DNA of 64,000 bases from Pseudomonadales bacterium (GCA_041395865.1 JAWKZQ010000005.1:1679-65678); one strand, 5' to 3'. Counted from the stretch's first letter, positions 30,946-43,471 are shown. Translations and numbers: made by a program. Notes: generated from the sequence alone by a model not told the origin.

Positions 30946-31211
30946 CCGACCAAGAAGCACCCAAAATTGAATTTCCCTGTGAGTACCCGATCAAGGTGGT
31001 TGGCCCTGCTGCGCCGGATTACAAGCAATTTGTGATCGATGTCGTTGAGGTTCATGCTCCCGGAATTGATGTTTCTAAAGTGGAGGTTCAGGCGAGCCGT
31101 AATGGAAACTACTTTTCGGTTAGGCTGACAATCATCGCGACCGGCGAACAGCAACTTAAAGCCATCTTCGAAGACCTAAAGGCCAGTGGCCGTGTACAAA
31201 TGGTGCTTTAG
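30942..31211 (+). CDS. ybeD: YbeD family protein (DUF493)
   Basis: 89 aa (FPCEYPIKVVG...). Conserved position upstream of lipB. GTG start overlaps the dat stop (GTGA). Confidence 0.85.
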   Translation: MTDQEAPKIEFPCEYPIKVVGPAAPDYKQFVIDVVEVHAPGIDVSKVEVQASRNGNYFSVRLTIIATGEQQLKAIFEDLKASGRVQMVL

Positions 31212-31249
31212 ACGGGGCGATTGAGTACGTCTGGAAACTGAGGGCTTTT

Positions 31250-31906
31250 ATGCCTGTTGATTCGGCCAGTCATGTTATTTTCCGCTCGCTAGGGCTTCAG
31301 CCTTATCAGGCTGTTTGGGAGAAAATGAAGCGTTTCACCGAGCAGCGAAACGCCAGTTCCTGTGACGAGGTCTGGTTGTTGCAGCATCCTCCGGTTTTTA
31401 CCCTGGGGCAGGCAGGTAAAACCAGTCATCTGCTAAATTCAGAAGATGTCCCGGTGATTAAAACGGACCGCGGTGGACAGGTAACCTATCACGGTCCCGG
31501 CCAGTTAATCGCCTATGTTTTGATTGACCTGCGTCGCCGGGGACTGGGTGTCAAGACATTGGTCAACGAGATCGAAGCCCTCCTGATTAACCTGCTCAGC
31601 GAATTAGGGATTAACGCCCAGCGCAAGGAAAAAGCACCGGGTGTTTATGTGGCGGGTAAGAAGATTGCCTCGTTAGGGTTGCGGGTACGTAAAAACTGCA
31701 CCTATCATGGACTTAGCCTGAATGTGCAGATGGATTTGTCTCCTTTTTCCGGCATTAACGTTTGCGGGTACGAAGGCCTGGAGGTCACGCAAATAGGCGA
31801 TCTGGTGGCAGGCGTTAATGAAGCGACTGTATTTGAGCGGTTGCAGTTTCATCTTATTAATAGGCTGGGGTATACCAGCCACGAGACCCGCAAGGGTTGG
31901 AGTTAA
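31250..31906 (+). CDS. lipB: Octanoyltransferase (lipoyl(octanoyl) transferase)
   Basis: 218 aa. LipB motifs (VWLLQHPPVFTLG, DRGGQVTYHGPGQL, KIASLG). Confidence 0.93.
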   Translation: MPVDSASHVIFRSLGLQPYQAVWEKMKRFTEQRNASSCDEVWLLQHPPVFTLGQAGKTSHLLNSEDVPVIKTDRGGQVTYHGPGQLIAYVLIDLRRRGLGVKTLVNEIEALLINLLSELGINAQRKEKAPGVYVAGKKIASLGLRVRKNCTYHGLSLNVQMDLSPFSGINVCGYEGLEVTQIGDLVAGVNEATVFERLQFHLINRLGYTSHETRKGWS

Positions 31907-31912
31907 TCCCCA

Positions 31913-32902
31913 ATGAGCCATTCGGATACGCCGGCACAACCCGGACAACGGACAAAACGGACTCGCGTTGAGCAGGGTGTGAAGCTGCGTGGGGCTGACA
32001 AGGTGGACCGTATCCCGGTGAAGGTTGTGCCGACGGAAAAACCCAAGCGCAAGCCGGACTGGATTCGCGTCAAAATGGGCAGTTCCCCTCAGGTTGCTCA
32101 TATCAAGCGCATCCTGAGGAAAAACCAGCTGGCCTCGGTCTGTGAAGAAGCCGCCTGCCCGAATCTTGGCGAATGTTTTAGCCATGGTACGGCTACTTTT
32201 ATGATTATGGGGGAAATTTGCACCCGCCGTTGCCCCTTCTGCGATGTGGCGCATGGGCGACCCATGCCGCTGGATGAAAATGAACCAAAACACCTGGCAG
32301 CTGCGATCGCCGAGATGCAACTGAGTTACGTAGTGATTACATCGGTTGATCGCGATGATCTGCGCGATGGCGGGGCGGCTCATTTTGCGGACTGTATCCG
32401 TGAAACCCGCCTGGCGATGCCGGGTATTAAGGTCGAGGTCCTTGTACCGGATTTCCGCGGCCGTATGGCGGTGGCGTTGGAGGCGTTAGTCCAGGAACCT
32501 GCTGACGTATTTAACCATAACCTGGAATCCGTGCCGCGCTTGTACCGGCAGATTCGACCGGGCTCCGATTATCAGTGGTCACTGGACCTGCTTAAACAAC
32601 ACAAGCAGCGCCTGCCGGAGGTGTTGACCAAATCCGGCCTGATGGTGGGGCTGGGTGAAACCGCCGAGGAAATTTACCAGGTGATGGAGGATCTGCGCGC
32701 CCACGATGTTGATATGATTACCATCGGACAGTATCTGCAGCCAAGCTTGAATCATTTGCCTGTGGAACGTTTTGTGCACCCTGATGAGTTTGCAGCCTAT
32801 GCCGAACGGGCTCGTGAACTGGGTTTCAAAAGTGTGGCCAGCGGGCCGCTGGTCCGGTCATCCTACCATGCTGATCGACAGGCAAAAGGCGAGAGTTTTT
32901 AG
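31913..32902 (+). CDS. lipA: Lipoyl synthase
   Basis: 329 aa. Both Fe-S motifs are present: [12 protein letters not shown] and the radical-SAM [10 protein letters not shown]. Confidence 0.96.
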   Translation: MSHSDTPAQPGQRTKRTRVEQGVKLRGADKVDRIPVKVVPTEKPKRKPDWIRVKMGSSPQVAHIKRILRKNQLASVCEEAACPNLGECFSHGTATFMIMGEICTRRCPFCDVAHGRPMPLDENEPKHLAAAIAEMQLSYVVITSVDRDDLRDGGAAHFADCIRETRLAMPGIKVEVLVPDFRGRMAVALEALVQEPADVFNHNLESVPRLYRQIRPGSDYQWSLDLLKQHKQRLPEVLTKSGLMVGLGETAEEIYQVMEDLRAHDVDMITIGQYLQPSLNHLPVERFVHPDEFAAYAERARELGFKSVASGPLVRSSYHADRQAKGESF

Positions 32903-33012
32903 GCCTCGAATGCAAAAATGTTGGATTTTTGCCCCTTGACCTGGGATATAATGCTTGGGTGATTGGGATATACACAACACTAGATAAAGACTAAAGCAAG
33001 GAGTTTCAGCGT

Positions 33013-34128
33013 ATGAAAATGAAAAGTCTGGCATATTCATGTGCCCTGATGGTTGGCTTGTCCGGCGCAGCTCAGGCGCATGAAGAGGTTGATAATGAGG
33101 GGAAATTCACCATTCTGTTCGGTGGCGGTAAGTATTTCACCGACAGCAGCCGTGACTTGGATGATGGCAATGTTGCCGAAATCGGTCTGGGTTATATCAT
33201 CGACAAGCATTGGGCCATTGAGGCGATCTACTCGCAAATAAATGGTATCGAGAGCGATATTTCCGGTGCCGATGTGGACGTCGACATGTATCGCCTGGAT
33301 GCACTTTATCACTTTAACCAGCGCGGTGGACACTGGACGCCTTACCTGGCTGCTGGTATCGGGGAGCTGGATTTTGATGTTTCCGGCGGCAGCGACAGTG
33401 ACGAAACGGCATTCAACCTCGGTGGTGGTGTGAAGTATGCGATCACAAAAGCCGCTTCCCTGCGTGCTGATGTACGTGCCGTTTACGGTGACGAGGACAG
33501 CGACCTGGATACGCTGGCAACTGTGGGTTTGACCTATGTATTTGGTGCCGAGTCTGCGGCAGCGCCATCTGACGAAGATGGCGACGGCGTACTGGATGAG
33601 AACGACCAGTGCCCAGGTACACCAGCAGGTGTTGCTGTTGACGTATTTGGTTGTGCGTTGGACAGCGACCGTGATGGCGTGCCCGACTACATGGACAAGT
33701 GCCCGAATACCAAACAGGGCCTGGTTGTTGATTCGGACGGTTGTCCGAAGATGATGAAAGAATCGGTCAGCATCGATCTGGAAGTGCTGTTTGATACCAA
33801 CAAAGCTGAAGTGAAGCCTGCTTACATGGCTGAGATTCAGGGTGTTGCCGGTTTCATGAACAACTATCCAAAAACCACGGCCGTTATTGAAGGTCACACC
33901 GACAGCGTTGGTGATGCAGCCTACAACCAAGGCCTGTCTCAGCGTCGCGCTGATGCCGTTCGTGGCGTGCTGGTTGAGGACCTGGGCATTGATGCCGATC
34001 GTGTAACAGCGAAAGGCTATGGCGAAGAAAGACCTCGTGCCAGCAATGCAACCAAAGAGGGTCGCCAGGAAAACCGTCGTGTGACTGCGGTCATTAAGGC
34101 GAGCGTTGAAAAGGCGGTAGAAAAATAA
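33013..34128 (+). CDS. OmpA-family outer membrane protein with thrombospondin type-3-like Ca-binding repeats
   Basis: Signal peptide; N-terminal beta-barrel-like region; Asp-rich repeats (DEDGDGVLDENDQCP, DSDRDGVPDYMDKCP, DSDGCP); C-terminal OmpA domain (GHTDSVGDAAYNQGLSQRRA). Confidence 0.85.
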   Translation: MKMKSLAYSCALMVGLSGAAQAHEEVDNEGKFTILFGGGKYFTDSSRDLDDGNVAEIGLGYIIDKHWAIEAIYSQINGIESDISGADVDVDMYRLDALYHFNQRGGHWTPYLAAGIGELDFDVSGGSDSDETAFNLGGGVKYAITKAASLRADVRAVYGDEDSDLDTLATVGLTYVFGAESAAAPSDEDGDGVLDENDQCPGTPAGVAVDVFGCALDSDRDGVPDYMDKCPNTKQGLVVDSDGCPKMMKESVSIDLEVLFDTNKAEVKPAYMAEIQGVAGFMNNYPKTTAVIEGHTDSVGDAAYNQGLSQRRADAVRGVLVEDLGIDADRVTAKGYGEERPRASNATKEGRQENRRVTAVIKASVEKAVEK

Positions 34129-34152
34129 AACCTGTAAGGTTTTGGCCTCAAT

Positions 34153-34188
34153 AAAAAGCCCCGCCGGGTAACCGGCGGGGCTTTTTTT
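34153..34188. terminator. Bidirectional intrinsic terminator between the OmpA-family gene and holA
   Basis: AAAAAGCCCCGCCGG-GTAA-CCGGCGGGGCTTTTTTT: an 11-bp GC-rich stem flanked by an A-run and a T-run. Confidence 0.88.
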
Positions 34189-34201
34189 ATGGGTAACAGG
34201 C

Positions 34202-35227
34202 TTATTGGTTGGGGAGCGGGGCCCCAGCCAGTTGCAACGTGATTCGCTCCAGCTGGTTCCAGAGGTTTCCCCGGTGTATCCCTTTCGCCATCTGGTCGGC
34301 TTCTGCGATCTGACGTGTCAAGGCATCCAGTCTGGTGGTCGAGAGTCGGCTAACGGCTTTCCCCACAAGGGGTTGCCGGTTGCGCCAGATGCCCAGTGAC
34401 TGCATGGCCTGTTCGGCCTGCTGCCCGGATTGAATGGCGTGGGCGACCATGGCTAATTGGCGTACTTCACGGCTCAGGGCCCAGATAATCTGTAAAGGCT
34501 CGACGCCCTCCTGGTGTAATCCGGTGAGCATTTTCAGGCACTGACTGGCGTCGCCCTTCAGGGCGTTATCCACCAGGCTGAACAGGTTGTAGCGTGAGCT
34601 GTCCACAACACAATGGCGAATGGTGTCGGCGGTGATGCGGCTGTCGCCTTCCTGTAACAACAGCTTAAGCTTTTCAATCTCCTGGGAGGCGGCTAAAAGA
34701 TTTCCGTCCACCAACTCCGCCAGCAGAGTAACCGCGTCGCGCTCCGGGGCTAGGCCGTTCCTGCGCATACGTTGCTCAATCCATTTGGGAAGCTGGTGAG
34801 CCTCTATCGGCCAGATTTCAATGTGATCCGCTTGACCGGACAGGGCTTTGAACCACTTGCTGTTTTTAGCGGCTTTATCCAGTTTGCCGGTGCTTATGAG
34901 CAGCAGGTTGCTTTCAGGCGGATTTTCCGCGTAACTGAGCAATGCCTTTGCCCCTTCGTTGCCCGGTTTGCCGCTCGCCAGGCGCAGGTCGATCAGCTTC
35001 TGGGCGGCAAACAGGGAAAGGGCATTGCCGGTACTTAACAGCTCATCCCAATTGAAGTTGCTGTCCGCGATAAGGGTTTCCCGCTCATCGAACTGCGCAG
35101 CTTTGGCGGCGCTTCGAATCAGTTGACAGGCTTCCTGTACCTGAAGCGGCTCGTCGCCTGAGACAATGTAGATCGGCTTCAGGCCTTGCTGGAGGTGTGC
35201 TTCCAGTTGATCAAGGCGTATGGCCAT
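34202..35227 (-). CDS. holA: DNA polymerase III subunit delta
   Basis: 341 aa with a HolA-like sequence. Conserved lptE-holA arrangement; its ATG overlaps the lptE stop (TAATG). Confidence 0.85.
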   Translation of the reverse strand: MAIRLDQLEAHLQQGLKPIYIVSGDEPLQVQEACQLIRSAAKAAQFDERETLIADSNFNWDELLSTGNALSLFAAQKLIDLRLASGKPGNEGAKALLSYAENPPESNLLLISTGKLDKAAKNSKWFKALSGQADHIEIWPIEAHQLPKWIEQRMRRNGLAPERDAVTLLAELVDGNLLAASQEIEKLKLLLQEGDSRITADTIRHCVVDSSRYNLFSLVDNALKGDASQCLKMLTGLHQEGVEPLQIIWALSREVRQLAMVAHAIQSGQQAEQAMQSLGIWRNRQPLVGKAVSRLSTTRLDALTRQIAEADQMAKGIHRGNLWNQLERITLQLAGAPLPNQ

Positions 35228-35754
35228 TATTTTGCTGAAACGTCCGTAGCCGGTTGCAACGCACGGTACCGGCGGAGCAGTTGCTGAATCAGGTCGCGCT
35301 GCATTTCTTCGCGGAGCAGGCTTTCCTCTTCATAGGCGCTTATGGCGTTATCGCGGTTATAGAGATAGGTCTTTTCGACACTGATACGGGTAGGATGTAC
35401 CCGTTCTTCACCTTCCGAGTCGATGACCGAATAAACCAGTGATGAGGTGATCAGGTATTCGGCAACCTTGGCCGTACCTGTTGTACTCAATACTCGCCGT
35501 TCATTGTGAATCGGCGATACGGACAGCGTATAGGGCGCTTCGGCGGCCGTTTCGGTCAAATCAACATCCATGGCCGAGAACGAGCGCTTCAGTGCGCGGG
35601 TAAAGGTGTTGTTTGCCGAGCCAGCCTGCAGGTGCAGGGTTTGCAGTTCAGTGGGAATAGGCTCAGCCCCGCGCAAGTGCCAGCCACAACCCTGTAACAG
35701 CAGGGCAGCTGCCAAAAAAGGTGCAAACAGTAATTTGAATTTTGACAGCTGCAT
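35227..35754 (-). CDS. lptE: LPS-assembly lipoprotein LptE
   Basis: 175 aa. Lipobox LLQGC. Lies between leuS and holA, as in E. coli and Pseudomonas. Confidence 0.85.
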   Translation of the reverse strand: MQLSKFKLLFAPFLAAALLLQGCGWHLRGAEPIPTELQTLHLQAGSANNTFTRALKRSFSAMDVDLTETAAEAPYTLSVSPIHNERRVLSTTGTAKVAEYLITSSLVYSVIDSEGEERVHPTRISVEKTYLYNRDNAISAYEEESLLREEMQRDLIQQLLRRYRALQPATDVSAK

Positions 35755-35759
35755 GCGGC

Positions 35760-38246
<2,487 letters not shown>

Positions 38247-38339
38247 TTAAAAAGCGAAACGCGTAGCATACTATATTGAGTGTTTGTGATTAAGAGATGA
38301 AAGGGCTTTATCCGCTTTAAATTCTTGGTGAGGACCACT

Positions 38340-38846
38340 ATGACTGAACATCACGAAAAGGCTTATGAGCGTATTATTCATCGGGTCGAAGAGTCCCTGG
38401 ACAAGGCTGAAGAGGTGACCTTCGAAACACTCAAGCAGGAGATCGACCAGGCCATTGAGTTTGAAGAAGAGGTGGAAGAGCTGACCAAGCAGGAAATTAG
38501 CCTGCTCGGCGCCTATCTCAAGCGTGATCTCAAGGATCTCAGCCGCTTTATGGGACAGACCGGAAAAGGACTGGCGGAGTGGCTCAAATTCGATATGGGG
38601 TTGCTGGAAAATAAGCTGAAAAGCCTGTTAAAACAGGTTGCTGACAAGTCCACGCTTGAGCAACACCAGCTTGAAGAGGAGCTTACCGAGCACGACCAGG
38701 AAGTGTATGCGAGCGGTGAGTACGTCCTGGTCGGTACCTTTGTTTGTACCAATTGCGATGCCGAACAGGAGTTTATCAAACCGGGTTTTTTGATGAGCTG
38801 CCAGGAATGCGGCGGCGACCAGTTCCTGCGCGCCAGCCAGGAATAG
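38340..38846 (+). CDS. Zinc-ribbon protein, YbeL/DUF1451-like
   Basis: Acidic helical N-terminal part plus C-terminal CTNC...CQEC zinc ribbon. Sits beside leuS like E. coli ybeL. ATG 38340, after GAGGA, is preferred over 38325. Confidence 0.6.
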   Translation: MTEHHEKAYERIIHRVEESLDKAEEVTFETLKQEIDQAIEFEEEVEELTKQEISLLGAYLKRDLKDLSRFMGQTGKGLAEWLKFDMGLLENKLKSLLKQVADKSTLEQHQLEEELTEHDQEVYASGEYVLVGTFVCTNCDAEQEFIKPGFLMSCQECGGDQFLRASQE

Positions 38847-38858
38847 CCGGGATTATCC

Positions 38859-39629
38859 ATGGATGAAATGTTCGTCAGGGCCTTCTTAAAGGCCCTGATA
38901 CTGCCCCCGTTCGTCAACATACTTGTACTTGTCGCGGCGTTGCTGTTGCTGCGACGCTGGAAAGTGCTGCGAGCGCTGCTGGTTGCTGCGTCCCTAGGCA
39001 GTTTGGTGTTGCTGAGTATGCCGATTGTTTCCCAGTTACTGGCCAGCCAGCTGGAGCGCTATCCCGCATTGCAGTGGCAGGCGATCAACCCGGAGGATTA
39101 CCAGGCAATTGTGGTGCTGGGCGCAGGGCGCTACCGGCAGGCGCCGGAGTATGGGGGTGAAGATATCCCCAAACACCTTGGGCTTGAGCGGTTGCGTTAT
39201 GCGGCCTACCTGCAACGAAAAACCGGGTTGCCGATCCTGGTCTCAGGTGGCATGTGGTCCGATGATAGTGTCCCTGAAGCCGAGTTTATGGCGCGCATTC
39301 TTGAGGGGGAATTCCGGGGCCGTGTCCCCTGGCGGGAAGGCATTAGCCGAACTACCTGGGAGAATGCGGTTTATTCCCGCCAGATCGCTGAAAAGAACGG
39401 CATTGATAAGGTGTTGTTGGTGACTCACGCCTGGCATATGCCGCGTGCGGTCTACAGTTTCGAAAAAGCTGGCTTCAAGGTCACGCCAGCGCCTACTGTT
39501 TTCAAATCTGTTGATTTACCCGGTATCGGGGTCATGGATTTTGTGCCCGGGATTAACGCCCTCTACAACAGCACCTGGATGTTGCATGAAATGCTGGGGC
39601 TGCTCTGGTACCGGATTTCTTCCGATTAA
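38859..39629 (+). CDS. DUF218 (YdcF/ElyC family) membrane-anchored protein
   Basis: 256 aa. Two N-terminal TM helices followed by a DUF218-like domain (AIVVLGAG..., VLLVTHAWHMPRA). Confidence 0.7.
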   Translation: MDEMFVRAFLKALILPPFVNILVLVAALLLLRRWKVLRALLVAASLGSLVLLSMPIVSQLLASQLERYPALQWQAINPEDYQAIVVLGAGRYRQAPEYGGEDIPKHLGLERLRYAAYLQRKTGLPILVSGGMWSDDSVPEAEFMARILEGEFRGRVPWREGISRTTWENAVYSRQIAEKNGIDKVLLVTHAWHMPRAVYSFEKAGFKVTPAPTVFKSVDLPGIGVMDFVPGINALYNSTWMLHEMLGLLWYRISSD

Positions 39630-39796
39630 CAGGCTGAGTTTTTTCCTTTCCCTAATCCTGTGATTCGCCAGGGCGCAACGGTGGCAACGCATCAATAAAA
39701 CTCGCTTGAAACAAGCCGTACTGACAGAGGGTCGTAAAGTGCGGTAACAGGCCCTAGAATAGCCGCCTGTTATTAACTGCTTCGAAGGAATTGGCT

Positions 39797-40696
39797 ATGA
39801 GTCAGCAGCGCCCCACCTTAGGTTTTATCGGTCTTGGTTTGATGGGTACCCCCATGACCACCCGTTTGCTGGAGGCCGGTTACAGCGTTAATGTCTGGAA
39901 TCGCAATGCCGATAAGATGGCTCCGCTTGTGGAGCGTGGAGCTTGCGGGCAGGCATCCATTGCCGAGCTGGTTCGGTGTTCGGACATCATCATGACCTGC
40001 GTAACAAACACCGAAGCCGTGCAAGCGGTGGTGTTTGATGAGGGCGGTATTGCCGACAGCGGGGCGGCAGGAAAAATCCTGATCGACTTTTCCAGTATAG
40101 AGCCCGATGCCACCCGCGAGTTTGCCGGGCAGTTGCAGGCCCGCTGTGGCATGACCTGGATCGATGCGCCGGTTTCGGGCGGGGTTGCCGGTGCCGAGGC
40201 AGGTACGCTGGCCATCATGGCCGGCGGTGATGAAAGGGTTATTGACAGCGTTCGCCCGATCCTGGAACCGCTGTCGGCCCGTGTCACGCGCATGGGACCG
40301 GTCGGAAGCGGTCAGGTGACCAAGGTCTGCAACCAGATGATCGTCAGCTGCAACGTGATGGTGATGGCTGAAGTGCTCGCGCTGGCGAAAAAGAATGGTG
40401 TGGATGCCACCCTGATTCCCCAGGCATTGAAGGGCGGCTTTGCGGATTCTACCCCTCTGCAAATTACCGGTTCACGCATGGCCGCGGAGGATTTTGAAGC
40501 CGTGACCTGGCATGTAAAAACACTGCTTAAGGATCTGGATATGGGCGTTGGCCTCTCGAAAAGCCGTGGTTCGGCGACACCCATGACGGGGTTGGCGGCT
40601 CAGTTGATGCGCCTGCACGGCAGCCAGGGAAACCTGGATAACGACCCCTGCACACTGATTCAAATGTATCAGGAGCAATCTGAGAATAACGCATGA
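39797..40696 (+). CDS. NAD(P)-dependent beta-hydroxyacid dehydrogenase family oxidoreductase
   Basis: Rossmann motif GFIGLGLMG. 3-hydroxyisobutyrate / tartronate-semialdehyde reductase-like body. ATG 39797 follows AAGGA. The stop overlaps the next start (ATGA). Confidence 0.8.
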   Translation: MSQQRPTLGFIGLGLMGTPMTTRLLEAGYSVNVWNRNADKMAPLVERGACGQASIAELVRCSDIIMTCVTNTEAVQAVVFDEGGIADSGAAGKILIDFSSIEPDATREFAGQLQARCGMTWIDAPVSGGVAGAEAGTLAIMAGGDERVIDSVRPILEPLSARVTRMGPVGSGQVTKVCNQMIVSCNVMVMAEVLALAKKNGVDATLIPQALKGGFADSTPLQITGSRMAAEDFEAVTWHVKTLLKDLDMGVGLSKSRGSATPMTGLAAQLMRLHGSQGNLDNDPCTLIQMYQEQSENNA

Positions 40697-42603
40697 TTGG
40701 CCTGAATGAAGTCAGCCTGCAGCGCGGGCACAAGCCGCTGCTGGAAAAGGCAAACCTGTTGATACATGCCGGCCAGCGGGTTGGCGTGATTGGCGCTAAC
40801 GGCACCGGTAAATCGAGTCTGTTCCAGTTGTTTCTTGGGCAATTGCACGCCGATCACGGTGAAGTGTTTTTGCCCAGGCAACTGCGTATTGCCCACATGG
40901 CCCAGGAGGTGGCGCACAGTGATCGCACTGCACTGGATTATGTATTGGACGGCGATCGCGAATTGCGCGCAACGCAGGCCGCTATTGATGCCGCCCAAGC
41001 CAGCCACGACGATCATGCGCTGGCACACGCATTCGACAAGCTGGACGCCATCGACGGCCACAGTGCCGCCAGCCGAGCCCAGCAGCTGCTCAACGGGCTG
41101 GGGTTTGGGCCAGGAGATTACCAGCGTGCCGTGACAGAGTTTTCCGGTGGCTGGCGAATTCGCCTGAACCTGGCCCAGGCACTGATGTGTCCCTCGGATC
41201 TGATGTTGCTGGACGAACCCACGAACCACCTGGACCTCGACGCCACGGTGTGGCTGGAACAGTGGCTGTTGCGCTATCAGGGCACGCTGTTGCTGATTTC
41301 CCACGACCGGGATTTTCTCGATTCTGTGGCTACCCATATTGCGCGGCTTCACCAGCATCAGATTCATTACTACAAGGGCAACTATTCGGCCTATGAGCGC
41401 CAGCATGCCGAGCGGATGGCGCAGCAACAGGCCAATTACGAGAAGCAGCAGGCTGAACGCGAGCACCTGCAGCGCTTTGTCGCACGCTTCAAGGCCAAGG
41501 CAAGTAAGGCCAAACAGGCGCAGAGCCGGGTTAAAGCCCTGGCACGCATGGAAGAGATTGCGCCGGCGCACGTGGATTCGCCGTTCCACTTTGAGTTCAG
41601 CGAGCCGCCAAAACCTTCCAATCCTTTGCTTTACCTGGAAAAGGCCAGCCTTGGTTATGACGACAAGGAAGTGCTCAGTAACGCAAATTTAAGCATCAGG
41701 CCCGGTAGCCGTATTGGTTTGCTGGGACCGAACGGGGCAGGCAAGTCCACCCTGATCAAGTCCCTGGTGGGTGATCTGTCACTGCGATCGGGGATTCGCC
41801 ATGCCGGCGATAACCTGGCCATCGGTTACTTTGCGCAGCACCAGTTGGAGTCGCTGGATCTGAGTGTCAGCCCGGTGACTCAAATTCAGCGCTTGTCGCC
41901 CACAGTAACCGAGCAGGCAATCCGTAATTTCCTGGGTGGTTTTAATTTCCACGGCGATGTGGCGACCGGTTCCCCGGAAAATTTCTCAGGCGGTGAAAAG
42001 GCCCGGTTGGCGCTGGCATTAGTGGTGTGGCAAAAACCGAACCTGCTGATCATGGATGAACCCACCAACCACCTGGATCTGGAAATGTGCCATGCCCTTA
42101 CCATGGCGCTGCAAAGCTTTTCCGGCGCCATGATTCTTGTTTCCCACGACCGGCACCTGTTGCGCAACAGTGTCGATGAGTTTTTGCTGGTGGCCGATGG
42201 GCAGGTACAGCTCTTTAACGGTGACCTGGACGAATACCAGCAATGGATGTTGAAGAGTAAGCAGGAATCGACGGACCCAAAAGCGACCGGGAAGGGCGAA
42301 GCGCCCAAGCTGGATCGCAAGGAACAGCGACGCCAGGCGGCCGAACAGCGGAAACAGCTGCAACCCCTGAAGAAGCAGGTTGCCAAAACCGAAACGGAGA
42401 TGGAGGCGATTGCGGCAAAGCTGGACGCGATTGAGGCACAGCTGCTCGATACGGGGCTCTATGAAGCGGCCAGAAAGGATGAGTTACAGGAAATCCTTCA
42501 GAACCAGGGTGAACTCAAACAGCAAAATGAAATGCTGGAAGAGCAGTGGATGCTGTTGAATGAGGAGCTGGAAGCGCTGGAGTTGCTGTTACAGTCAGAA
42601 TAA
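40693..42603 (+). CDS. yheS: ABC-F family ATPase (YheS-like)
   Basis: 636 aa. Two ABC cassettes (GANGTGKSS / GPNGAGKST, and LSGG-type signatures FSGGWRIR / FSGGEKAR). Inter-domain linker and C-terminal coiled coil. Collinear with E. coli YheS as I recall it. Confidence 0.85.
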   Translation: MIGLNEVSLQRGHKPLLEKANLLIHAGQRVGVIGANGTGKSSLFQLFLGQLHADHGEVFLPRQLRIAHMAQEVAHSDRTALDYVLDGDRELRATQAAIDAAQASHDDHALAHAFDKLDAIDGHSAASRAQQLLNGLGFGPGDYQRAVTEFSGGWRIRLNLAQALMCPSDLMLLDEPTNHLDLDATVWLEQWLLRYQGTLLLISHDRDFLDSVATHIARLHQHQIHYYKGNYSAYERQHAERMAQQQANYEKQQAEREHLQRFVARFKAKASKAKQAQSRVKALARMEEIAPAHVDSPFHFEFSEPPKPSNPLLYLEKASLGYDDKEVLSNANLSIRPGSRIGLLGPNGAGKSTLIKSLVGDLSLRSGIRHAGDNLAIGYFAQHQLESLDLSVSPVTQIQRLSPTVTEQAIRNFLGGFNFHGDVATGSPENFSGGEKARLALALVVWQKPNLLIMDEPTNHLDLEMCHALTMALQSFSGAMILVSHDRHLLRNSVDEFLLVADGQVQLFNGDLDEYQQWMLKSKQESTDPKATGKGEAPKLDRKEQRRQAAEQRKQLQPLKKQVAKTETEMEAIAAKLDAIEAQLLDTGLYEAARKDELQEILQNQGELKQQNEMLEEQWMLLNEELEALELLLQSE

Positions 42604-42792
42604 AGTGCTTTCCTCCCGCCGGTTTCGCCTGATGGATTTGGCAAATTTTTTCTACTTTTCACGAATTCTGATTTAAGTCAGAATGTCGCGCTTGTTTTGT
42701 TGCCTAATGTTTCATGGGCGGCAGGCAAAGCTGCCAATACAACAATAATAATTAAAAAATAAGTAACACGATTATTAAGGGAATTACATCTT

Positions 42793-43365
42793 ATGATGAA
42801 GTTAGATTTTTTTGATATTGACGCCGCTGATGAAATTGCAAAACCAGAAATGGTAGGGAGGGTTACCGGGGATTCCTCAGCGCTGGAAGTTTTTACCGAC
42901 TTCAATGTCTATATGCCCCTGGTACTGGAAGAGGGCACCTGTGCCGTTGAGGCCGAAAAACAAATGCAAAAAGCGCACGTGCGCCTGAAGCTGGTTGTGG
43001 ACTCGAAGGAAAATTTCCTGGGCGTTGTCAGCCTCGATAACCTGAATAACCAGGAAGTTATTAAACGCCTTTCCGAGGGTTATACGCGGGAAGAGCTGAC
43101 TATTAACGAGTTTATGATTCCCAAGAAGAAGCTGAAAGCCTTTGATTACGACCAGATTGCCTGCGCAACCATCCGCAATGTGATTGAGGCCCTAAAGGAA
43201 AATGGCCAGCAGCACTGCCTGGTGCTGGACCGTAAGGAGCACAAAATCCGCGGTATTATTTCCGCCAGCGATATCGTCAGGAAACTTAAACTGCCGGTCA
43301 ATATCATGACCGATGCCAGCTTCCTGGGTATCTTCAACACGGTTTACCACCCAGACGCGGTTTAA
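42793..43365 (+). CDS. Stand-alone CBS-domain pair protein
   Basis: 190 aa. CBS-like segments (FLGVVSLDNL..., IRGIISASDIV). AT-rich upstream region. Confidence 0.65.
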   Translation: MMKLDFFDIDAADEIAKPEMVGRVTGDSSALEVFTDFNVYMPLVLEEGTCAVEAEKQMQKAHVRLKLVVDSKENFLGVVSLDNLNNQEVIKRLSEGYTREELTINEFMIPKKKLKAFDYDQIACATIRNVIEALKENGQQHCLVLDRKEHKIRGIISASDIVRKLKLPVNIMTDASFLGIFNTVYHPDAV

Positions 43366-43381
43366 GCGCTGGAACGTCGCG

Positions 43382-43416
43382 CCGGCCTGTCTTTGTGAAT
43401 TCGCACAACAGGCCGG
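43382..43416. terminator. Hairpin between convergent CBS and PEP-CTERM genes (possible terminator)
   Basis: 9-bp stem CCGGCCTGT / ACAGGCCGG, with an inner TGTG/CACA pairing. No clear U-tract on either side. Confidence 0.3.
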
Positions 43417-43471
43417 GGTCGTTATCTGGCAGGAAAGTTTTGCACACCTTGCTTTTCTGCATGCCTTTCAA

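Noticed and set aside
33560-33760. Asp-rich repeated coding segments (DxDxDGxxDxxDxCP) that could look like a DNA tandem repeat or a novel motif array.
   Set aside because: These are thrombospondin type-3-like calcium-binding repeats, a known architecture of OmpA-family proteins in many gammaproteobacteria.
40669-41589. Long antisense ORFs lying entirely inside well-supported genes. Examples: 306 aa opposite yheS; 396 aa at 53584..54774 opposite ygiQ; 297 aa at 33037..33930 opposite the OmpA-family gene; 297 aa at 36036..36929 opposite leuS; 206 aa at 16353..16973 opposite mpl; 231 aa at 25555..26250 opposite mrdA/rodA; 221 aa at 15396..16061 opposite pfp; 211 aa at 21662..22297 opposite proA.
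   Set aside because: Their translations are low-complexity (Arg/Gly/His/Gln-rich) with no motifs. The opposite-strand genes have unmistakable conserved sequences. Stop-poor antisense frames are expected in GC-rich coding DNA.
42665-42684. A 7-bp inverted repeat ATTCTGA-N6-TCAGAAT upstream of the CBS-domain gene.
   Set aside because: It is too short to distinguish from chance in a 190-bp AT-rich spacer, and there is no adjacent regulator gene to link it to.
42678-42905. A 75-aa minus-strand ORF and other 60-90-aa ORFs in or overlapping intergenic regions (e.g. 44163..44387, 48666..48875, 49382..49624).
   Set aside because: They have no RBS or motif support and overlap better-supported genes or promoter regions. 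Their composition is consistent with spurious frames.
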